A stretch of DNA of 64,000 nt. It comes from Eledone cirrhosa. Taxonomy: Eukaryota. The position numbers and the translations under genes were made by a program. Position 1 is the first letter of the stretch; every line of letters begins with the position of its first letter. Location of the stretch: positions 85,126,001-85,190,000 of the forward strand of contig OZ024743.1 of assembly GCA_964016885.1 (NCBI GenBank). Reading direction: 5' to 3'. The notes beneath the pieces are model-generated. The model did not search any database and was not told the DNA's origin. It worked only from the letters and a program-made list of their open reading frames with translations. Shown piece by piece: positions 54,639 through 64,000 of this stretch.

Positions 54639-55098
54639 TTTACTCCCTACATTCCAACTGTCAGAGCTAGTGAAAATATATGATATTTTCTAAAATATAC
54701 AGTGACTGATCGGCCTGATTTGCATATTAGCAGACTGGCTGATCAGTCAGATCTGCATATTAGCAGACCCACTGATCAGCCAGATTGGCATATCAGCAGA
54801 CTGGCCAGTCAGCTTCCTGTATACGAGCGATTAATGGCTGGCTTTGCCATATTCAAATAACTTGTATTCAGCCATGTAGGGTGATAACTAGTTGTTGGTT
54901 ATAGATAGATAGAGAGAGAGAAAGAGAGAAGAGAGAGAGAGAGGAAATAATAATAATAAAAAATGTGGCATTCGACTGCAGATCAAAACACCCCCAGTTC
55001 AATCTCAACACTATATTTAATTTAGTTAGAATAATGACGCAATAGTTTAATGCCCCACTAACTTCATTTCTACATAACTTCCTATTTATATATATATA

Positions 55099-55173
55099 CA
55101 GGATGTCCCACAAAAATGTATACATACCTTGAGTAGAATGCTGTTGAAGTGTATACATTTTTAGGACACCCTG
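55099..55173. mobile_element. 75-bp Tc1/mariner-type MITE
   Basis: CAGGATGTCCCACAAAAATGTATACA / TGTATACATTTTTAGGACACCCTG; preceded by TA. Confidence 0.7.
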
Positions 55174-55181
55174 TGTATATA

Positions 55182-55218
<37 letters not shown>

Positions 55219-55231
55219 GTGTATGTGTGTG

Positions 55232-56112
55232 TGTGAACCTAGCTAAGACAAAAGTGTTGAAAAGTGGAAAAGAGGACAAAACTCTGATTCCATCTGGGAA
55301 ATGGCCATGTTCAATATGTAGAAAAGGAACTGGCATAAATTCTATAAAATGTACACAATGCAGATCTTGGGTACACAAGAGATGTAGTGGGATAGTAGGC
55401 AAAATAATAGGTAGGGAAAACTTTGTATGCAGTAGATGTACAGGAAAATTTGTCAGAAGAAGTCGCAGTGACAGGCACATTTTTCAAGTGGTTGATAGCT
55501 TCCAGTACCTAGGTGATCAGATTAGTAGGGGAGAGGGGGGTGTGTGTTCCGAGGCCACATTATCTAGAATAAGGATGGGTTGGAAGAAGTTTAGGGAGCT
55601 GCTTCCTCTGCTGACAAAGAAAGGCTTCTCCCTGCATACAAAAGGCTGGTTATATGATGCCTATGTGAGATGCGCGATGCTGTATGGTAGTGAGACATGG
55701 GCAGCAACTGCAGAGGATATGCGATGGCTGGAGAGAAATGAAGCAAGCATGCTCTGTTGGATGTGTAATGTCAATGTACGTGAATGACCAAGCATGGATG
55801 AGTTGAGAGAGGAACTGTGTATAAGAGGGATAAGTTGTAGTGTGCGGGAGAGAAGACTGCGATGGTATGGACATGTGATGTGCCTGGAGGATGACCACTG
55901 GATAAAGAAGTGCCAAGAAATGCCAGTAGAAGGAAGACGCAGTAGAGGAAGACCACTTAAAACATGGGCGGAGGTGATGAGTGCGGACCTCAGATCACTG
56001 AAGTTCACGGAGGAGATGATGAAGGACTGTGACAAGTGCTGAATAGGACCCGTCCCACCCATGCAAGCAGGGAAAAGTGGACGTAAAATGATGATGATGA
56101 TGATGATGATGA
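55232..56112 (+). mobile_element. RTE LINE 3' fragment
   Basis: [12 protein letters not shown]-like finger, [14 protein letters not shown]; (GAT)n tail. Confidence 0.92.
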
Positions 56113-56121
56113 TATATATAC

Positions 56122-57990
56122 ATCATTACTGCATAAAAACAGATATAAATAGAAAAAAGTGCAATAAATCATCAAACCATCTCAAGCAGGTGATGAAAAA
56201 GGCAGTGCTTGAATTTGAACAACGCATAGCAACCAACCTTGACAGTAAAGTGTTCTGGAAATATGTACATTCAAAGCAGAGACCTTGCTCTCCAGTTGGT
56301 CCTCTTCGCAATCCCCACAAAAACCAGATTACTGACAATCCTAAAGAATGCGCAGGACTCATTGCTGAATGCTATGCAGGCATTTTTACTGTTGAAAACC
56401 AGAACGTATCATCTTCACCACCTCTGACATCAAATTCTATAACACCTGTGATGTCACCTTAAGAATAAGTGCAACTATGCCTCTCCTGGTCTTGATGGTG
56501 TTACGTACCTGCTTCTCAAATGTGGTGAATACTTTCTTCTGCACCAGCTTTCACTCTTCTTTCAATTCTATCTTAACAACGGTGCTACTCCGGAGCAGTA
56601 GAAAACTGCCAGTGTCATTCCTCTGTTCAAAAAGGGTGGCCGCACGTCGCCTGTCAACTATTGTCCAGTCAGTCTTATTAGTTGCATTGCCAAACTGATG
56701 GAATCCTGTGTCAGAGAAACACTTTGGAACTTCTGGAACTCTCACAGTCTTATCTGGCCCTTGTAATTCGGATTTATCCCTAACTCCAGTTGCTGTGATC
56801 AATTTATTGAGTTTCTTGAAGACATCACCTGGATCACTGATGATGGCTGATGGGTGGATGTTGTTTAACTTGACTTTGCTAAAGCTTTCAATTCTGTGCC
56901 ACACAAAAGACTTATGGAAAAACTCTCTGCAATGGGTGTGAGAGCTGATCTTTTTAACTGGTTGAAGTCCTTCATTTTCAGTCGAAAATAAACAGCATAC
57001 TTCACCCTATGAGAAGTCATCTGGTGTACTGCAGGGATCTGTTCTTGGTCCCCTTTTGTTTGTTACATATATTAATGACATAGATGCCATCTTAAAGAAT
57101 GCCACAGTGCTAAAATATGCAGATGATATCAAGCTGTACCTTGAGATAAAAAGGACAGATCCTGAACACTATCGATCTTGCTTGCAGTCTGACCTGGACA
57201 CAATGCAACAATGGATCTCAGACTGGCAACTCAAGCTGGCTATAGACAAGTGTACCACCATGCATTTTGGGAGGAAAAACCCAGCGTCCACATACTCCCC
57301 GAACTGGGCATTACTGTCAGCAGCAATTTGCGTTGGACAAAGCACATCTCTAAAATTGTCAAGAAGGCTGAGGGTGTCTTGACATCATTCAGCAAGACGC
57401 TTGTCAGCTGCTCTCCAGCTATCTATTTAAAGCTGTACATGGCTATGGTGCGGCCACACTTAGAATTTGCATCACCAGTCTGGAACCCCTATCTTGCTCA
57501 GAATATTGACCTCCTGGAAACTGTTCAGAGACGTGCAACCAAGCGAATACCCTCCATCAGGCATCTACCATACTCTGAACACCTTGCTTTCCTGGGCATG
57601 GATACATTGAAGCTCCGACGTCTGGCAACTGACTTGGTAAACACCCATAAGATTATTAACCATCTTGCCAACAACAACCCTGAGAACCTTTTTGCCTACA
57701 AAATCAGAAAACAGCACAGCTCCCATGACTTTTGGAAACATTTTTTCACGCTCAGAGTTGCTGAAGCATGGAACAAACTACCTGCATCAGTTGTTAGCTG
57801 CTGGGACACTGCATCCTTTAAAACCTACATGTTTCTTGAAATTCGCTAACACTACACCTAATATCCCTCCTCTATACACATGCACACACTTTCCTAACAT
57901 TTTTACATTATTCTATGTACTATACAAGCACCTTTGATGAGTTGTGGTGCACCCGAGCACTGTACACAATAATTTCATTATTATTATTAT
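56122..57990 (+). mobile_element. CR1-group LINE, 5'-truncated and decayed
   Basis: KVFWKYV, KAF.SVPH remnant, QGSVLGPLLF, KYADDIKLY, VRPHLEFASPVWNP, LETVQRRATK; (ATT)n tail. Confidence 0.9.
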
Positions 57991-58383
57991 ATATATATAT
58001 ATAGGAGGTTATGTAGACTTTCAGCAGAAGTGATGTGAGACAGGAAACAGACCCACACTTCTGCCCCAGTGCTAGGAGTCATACAGGCGCCAGCTGGCAT
58101 AGAAACAACATCAACATATTCAGCCGATCCACTGTATGGTAAAAAGAATTTTTCGGGAACATTTCAAAGATTTTTTGAGAAGTTTAAAAAAATTATTTTT
58201 AAGTTTTTTTAAGTTGTGTGAAATTGTTTTAAAGATTTTTAAACTATTTGACAAGACAGTGGAATGGGTAGGAAGAAAACTACCTAGTCTCCAAGCTCAA
58301 TGAAATATGTATCATGGAGATGAAAATGAGCCTAAGTACAACTGCATATGACCTTCAATCTGTTTAATTCTCTCTCTCTGTTG

Positions 58384-58416
<33 letters not shown>

Positions 58417-58525
58417 AGTAGAAGTGGTATTTAATTTGTTGGAAGTCCGACAAACATAAATGTTTATAACTGATTTAGAGCACTCAACAGCTTACTGGAG
58501 TAAATATTCAATGATATTAAATAAA

Positions 58526-58863
58526 TCATCATCATTTCATTTTACGTCCGCTTTTCCCCTGCTTGCAAGGGTGGGACGGGAACTGATTCTGGCTTGATTT
58601 CTACAGCTGGATGCCCTTCCTAACACCAACCTCATTTACAGTGAGTGCTGGGTGCTTTTTTGTCGTGGCACCTACACAACCACTTTGCAGTGGAATGATA
58701 GGGACCTCAGTCCCTATCATCTCATTTCTACAGCTGAGTAAACTGGAGCAATATGAAATAAAGTGCCTTGCTCAAGGAAACAACACATCACCCGGTCTGA
58801 GAATTGAACTCACAACCTTTCGATTGCAAGGCCAATGCTCTAACCACTAAGCCATGTGCCTCC
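58526..58863 (-). mobile_element. CORE SINE with RTE tail
   Basis: Reverse complement of 38527-38873. Confidence 0.85.
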
Positions 58864-58927
58864 AAATGGAAACTATATTTATAAAACCATATTTATTTTA
58901 TTATATATATTTCAATTATATATATTA

Positions 58928-60043
58928 CAAGGAAATGGCCTTGCTCAGTATGTAGGAAAGGTGTAGGTAGGAACTCCATTCTCTTCCTCAAATTCAAACA
59001 ATGGGTACACAAGAGATGTAGTGGGATCTCAGGAAGCTTAATTAAGAATGTAGGCTTCACATGCAGCAGCTGTGCTGGGACAGCAAGCAGCAAACAGTCA
59101 CAGGAAACAAGAACCACCAATCTCTGGGCGGACTCTGTAGAAACAGTAGACAGCTTCTGCTACCTAGGTGACCGAATTAGCAGCAGAGGTGGGTGTTCAG
59201 AAAGTACAATAACTAGGGTAAGAATGGGATAGAAGAAGTTCAGAGAACTACTGCCACTGCTAGCTGCAAAAGGCTTCTCCCTCAAAATGAAAGGCAGACT
59301 GTATGATGCGTGTATATGAACAGCAATGTTTCATGGTAGTGAGACCTGGGCGCTGAAGGTGGAAGACTTACGTAGATTAGAAAGAAACGAAGCCTGCATG
59401 CTCTGATGGATGTGTAATAGTAATATACGCGAACGACAAAGCATAAATGAATTGAGAGAGAGACTGAACATAAGAGGAATCAAATGCTGTGTGCAGGGGA
59501 GGCGGTTGCGTTGGTATGGTCATGTGATGCGTATGAAGGATAACAGCTGCATAAAAAGGTGCAGAGCACTAGAAGTCGATGGAAACCGCGGAGTGGGAAG
59601 ACCCAAGATGACCTGGGATGAGGTGATAAAAGCCGACCTTACCCAATTACACCTCTCAAAGGCGATGACACACGACCGTGACCTCTGGCGTCACGCAGTA
59701 ATACAGAGTACCCGACCTCCCATGGGTACAAGCTGAAGCATATAGACAATATGCCCCCACACCCTCCCACTGCAAGGTGGTCGTGGAGGTGCTACGGCAA
59801 AAAAGCACCCAGCCCACACTGTAAAGTGGACGTGTAGGCGCCACGGAAAAAGCACCCAGCACTCACTGTAAATGAGGTTGGTGTTAGGAAGGGCATCCAG
59901 CTGTAGAAATGAAGCCAAAATCAGTTCCTGTATGAGCAAGGCATGGTCAGCCGACCAGACACTGCACACAACAGGACAACCCGTCTAACCCATGCTAGCA
60001 TGGAAGAACGGACGTAAAACGGTGATGATGATGATGATGATGA
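58928..60043 (+). mobile_element. RTE LINE 3' fragment inserted inside an HHR, TSD ATATTTCAA
   Basis: Begins at GKWPCSVC; (GAT)n tail; TSD at 58907-58915 and 60043-60051. Confidence 0.88.
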
Positions 60044-60204
60044 TATTTCAAGGGTAACCAAGACAACATTGGTATGCATTCATCAGATAAAATACAAAGT
60101 TTGTTTTATAAATAGAGACATACCCATGAAAATCATACCTTATCGGTTGGAATTTCCTTACATTTGTTGCATTCAATCCGGTATACCACATGTGTCCACT
60201 GGCA

Positions 60205-60860
60205 CATTCCTCTATTGCAGATAGGACAGTTAGTCAGTGAGCATTGATTGTTGTTGTCTCTGGATTGCTTTTTAGACAAGTATCCATGCAGTGAAGGGCT
60301 GGAGTGTGCTAATTGTAATCCAGTCCTTCTTTGTGGATAGCTCAGTGGATAGCTGTGGTTATGCTTTCGCTGAAATGTGGTAATTTCATGAAGCAGGTGT
60401 TAGAGGAGGTCTTATGACTTTGTGGATGTTGTGGATGTTGGGTATCTGTTTGTCTTCAGTACATCTATGAAGTGTGCAGTGTGAGTGATCTGGTCCTTTG
60501 TCTTGCTACATTTATTCGGGATACGCGTAAATTAATTTCTTATGTGTCCGGTTTTAGCACCAATGCACAAACAGGTCTCTGCTGGCAGCTTTCCTATAGA
60601 AGTTGGTGTATACAGTAGCTTCTTTGGTTACTCTAAGTTGGAAGTTCAGCAAAGACAAGGAACCATTTTCATCAGGGTGTTTTGTGGTAGATCGTATGTT
60701 GCTATCTGTGTTAGAAAATGCCATAGATATTAAGTTCCTTAACCCCTGAAGAAGGGACTTGTAGGTCCTGAAATATTAGACAGATAAAAGAACAAAAAAA
60801 ACCCCCAATAATTACCAGGTAACTTACTTTTACTTTTCGTTACCTCCTCTTACAGTCCAT
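60205..60860 (-). mobile_element. Degraded PLE related to 44473-45155, with a + strand HHR motif (60743-60781) at its 5' end
   Basis: CSLTNCPI and TCF.KLPHFS remnants; CTGAAGA-A-GGGAC ttgtag GTCCT-GAAA-TAT-TA. Confidence 0.7.
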
Positions 60861-62220
60861 TTTGCATTGTTTAGCCTTCTCTCTCTTTCAATGTTAGATA
60901 TACTACCAGAAAAACCACCAGAAGTGTGGTTCTTCTGCTAGCCTGTGTAGTGTGCATATTGATATTACACGCAAGTATATATACATGTAGATATGATACA
61001 TCAAATAAAATCGTAATTGACAATATACACAGAAATTGAACGAAGACTGTGTTACACTGTCTTCTGTAATCAGTAACGTAATCCATTGATGAAAATATAT
61101 GACTGTTTATTTAAGCGATCGCTAACTGGAAGTGTTGACATTTGAAAATTTTAAAGAAGTGAATCTTAAAATAAGCGACAAAATTATTCATATTTAATCA
61201 AGAATAACGAAATTTAGTAGATAAATTATGTAATATTCATTCATTATTTATTCAAAGTAATCCAACTTATTTTACAAACAGGATAAAAAAATATATTCTG
61301 GACGCTGTCCTGCACTCCTCCCTTTATTATAGTTTAGATATGTGTGTGTGTGTGTGAGTATATATATATATATATATATAAATATATATGTGTGTGTGTA
61401 TGTGTATCATCATCATCATCATTGTTTAGCATGTGTTTTTCCTGCTAACAAGGTTTGGATGTGTTGTTACAGACTAGTCAATACTGAAGTGAAGCCACCG
61501 ACCTGCATGTAGGCCTGACATGATCTACTGGATGCATTTTTTCTGGCATCAACACTAGGGAGTTATCATGTCTACCGCATAACTGAAGAGTCTTTCTGAC
61601 CCTTTGTTTGACAACTTTACTATGCTTAGATGCCATTCTTATAACCAAGCACATTACACAGTGTACTGGGAGTGTTTATCATGGAGATCATTAACACTAA
61701 ACAGGTTGCCATGTTCCTGACACAACTAAACAGTCCTCTCAACACTTTTAGAATGATTTCTACAGTGGGCTGCTCTTTCTATTGCCAACCACCTTACAGG
61801 ATGTACTAGGTACATTTTCTATGGCGCCATCACTAGAGAGGTTGTTGTTCATTGATTCAATCGAAGAGCCCTCTCTACCCTACAGATGGGCATGGGTGGT
61901 ATGTTATGGTGAAGAGAATTGACAGGTTGAAGAGTGGCTTGTGGGAGAGAAGATCTCCAGTTGTGGGAAGCTACTAAGTGCTATGACTGGTATGTCAGGT
62001 TTATAAATTAAAAAGCAGACATAACAAAAAAAGTATATTACTAGAAATCCCACACATTATAAAATAAATAAGATGGGTTAGGGTCTCAATAGGTAAACTA
62101 AACAACTGGCTTTTTAAAAAAAATCAAGGGAGGCAACCTGGAAAAATTACCAATTTTCCAACCTCCCTACCTCACGTATTCACCACTCCATTATTTGGGA
62201 CTTGAGAGCACACACACACA

Positions 62221-62267
<47 letters not shown>

Positions 62268-62529
62268 ATACACATGCACACACTCATATATGCTGAACTG
62301 GAAACTACTAAATGAAAGCAGTCTTTTATTTAGAAACAGTTTTTTATTTTCCTTTTTAATCCATCATTTTCTTATGTTATCACACAGTATACTGATAATC
62401 TGTAAGAAATATGAATATTTATACTTTATAATCCATATATTAATCAATTGAATATTTAAGCTACTTATAATTCAGCAGCTAAGATGTTTTCAAATTATTG
62501 TTAGCAGCTCGACTTACTAGAGTGTCAGT

Positions 62530-62925
62530 TGATGCTTGTAACTGTACTTGGCTATTCCAGTATCTTAGCCTCGCTATCTGCATGACTTACTAAAGTGTGA
62601 GTATACTTGGCTATCCAGCACCTTAGCCATGCTATCACCTGGCCTACCTGAAGTATAATGAATTGCTAGTATGTGTACTTGGCTATTCCAGCACCTTGGC
62701 ATCACTATCACCATGACTAAATAAAATGTTGATGCTTGTGAGTGTACTTGGCTATGCCAGCATCTTAGCCACGCTATCACCTGGCTTTCCTGAAGTATAA
62801 AGAGATGCTAGTAAGTGTACTTAGTTTTTCCAGTACCTTAGTCTCACTATCACCTGGCCTATCTGAAGTATAAAGAGATACTAGCAAGAGTACTTGGCTA
62901 TTCCACTGCTCTAGCCTCACTATCC
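62530..62925. repeat. Minisatellite of ~65-75-bp units (GTACTTGGCTATTCCAG.A.CTTAGCC..GCTATCACC)
   Basis: About six diverged copies visible. Confidence 0.8.
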
Positions 62926-63419
62926 CCCACCCCTCCCATCTCTCCCCACACTCCTCCCTCCTCCCATATATACCCCTTCCCTTCCATCTACCCCCCCCCA
63001 ATATATTCCCACACTACACTCTTTCTATCTATTCCCACACTACACCCCTCCTATATGTTCCCCCACACCACCCCTCCCATCTATTCCCACACTACACCCC
63101 TCCTATATGTTCCCCCACACCACCCCTCCCATGTATTCCCTCACTATATGACACTCCACTCATATAGTCCCACACTACACTACACCCCTCCATCGGAATG
63201 GGCTCTGCTAGGTTTAAAAGGTCCAAGACATGCTGTATGTCACCTCAGAGCTTGTATGACTCCATCAGAGATTACAGCTTCAAACATAGAGCAATGGCTT
63301 GGCTGAATTATTAGGATGTCGAACATTCTTACCATGCTTTGCACTATTTATTCCAGCTCTTTTCATTTTGAGTTCAAATCCCATTGTGGCTTACTTCAAC
63401 TTCTACCCACACCACCCTT

Positions 63420-64000
63420 TCTCTGTAAAGTTATGTTGGTATCACAAAACATCCAGCTCACACTGTAAAGTGGTCGTGTAGGTGTCACAACAAAAGGCTC
63501 CCAGTCCACACTGGCGTTAGGAAGGGCATCCAGTAGTAGAAAACCTGCCAGATATAGTTCTATATGAGCAAGACATGGTCACCCAACCAATCTTGCCTCA
63601 AGTGGGACAAACCCATCTAACCCATGCTAGCATGGAAGATAGACATTAAACGATGATGATGATAATGATGATGATATACATACATACATTATCATTATCA
63701 CCATTTAACACTCATTTTTCCACGTTTGTATGGGTTAGTCAGGTTAGGGTTAACGTTAGGGTTAGGGTTAGGGTGAGGCAAGTTGGATCAAGTGACCGTG
63801 TCTTGCACATACAAAACTGATTTGGGCTTGGTTTCTATGGCTGGGTGCCCTACCTAACGCCAATGACATTTACATTGTGGGCTGAATGTTTTTTGTCATG
63901 ACACCTACACGACCAATTTACAGTATGGGCTGGGAGCTTTTTGTTGTGATGCCTACATGACCACATGTGCTTTTTATCATGATACCTACAAGAACACGCT
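63420..64000. mobile_element. Two convergent RTE 3' UTR fragments (63420-63674 on +, 63690-64000 on -)
   Basis: GGAAGGGCATCCAG and CCCATGCTAGCATGGAAGA motifs with (GAT)n tails; preceded by a degraded Nin SINE near 63295-63410. Confidence 0.75.

Noticed and set aside
58025-58138. Possible + strand exon (TTTCAG..ATG|GTAAAA)
   Set aside because: Very short pyrimidine tract next to (TA)n and no recognisable peptide

Overview
AT-rich, repeat-saturated eukaryotic DNA. The mix of RTE LINEs with (GAT)n tails, tRNA-derived Nin/Deu-domain and CORE SINEs, and long (TA)n and (CA)n microsatellites suggests an octopus or other cephalopod genome (inference). No confident host gene is visible, and most long ORFs are microsatellite read-throughs or transposon remnants. 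Recognisable elements: several RTE LINE copies (one nearly full length; the main family carries a PHD-type C4HC3 finger after the RT core), CR1-like LINE fragments, a CsRn1-type Gypsy LTR retrotransposon with a readable -1 frameshift signal, two pogo/Tigger transposons, two non-autonomous Helitrons, MITEs, and Penelope-like elements (PLEs) of several subtypes. The most striking hidden layer is about 15 type I hammerhead ribozyme (HHR) motifs read by eye on both strands. Some sit in PLE pseudo-LTRs, but many sit in short, non-coding, palindromic or circularly permuted elements inserted in (TA)n tracts (retrozyme-like or non-autonomous PLEs), and several have non-canonical catalytic cores with compensatory changes. 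All folding and homology calls were made by manual inspection, and element boundaries are approximate.
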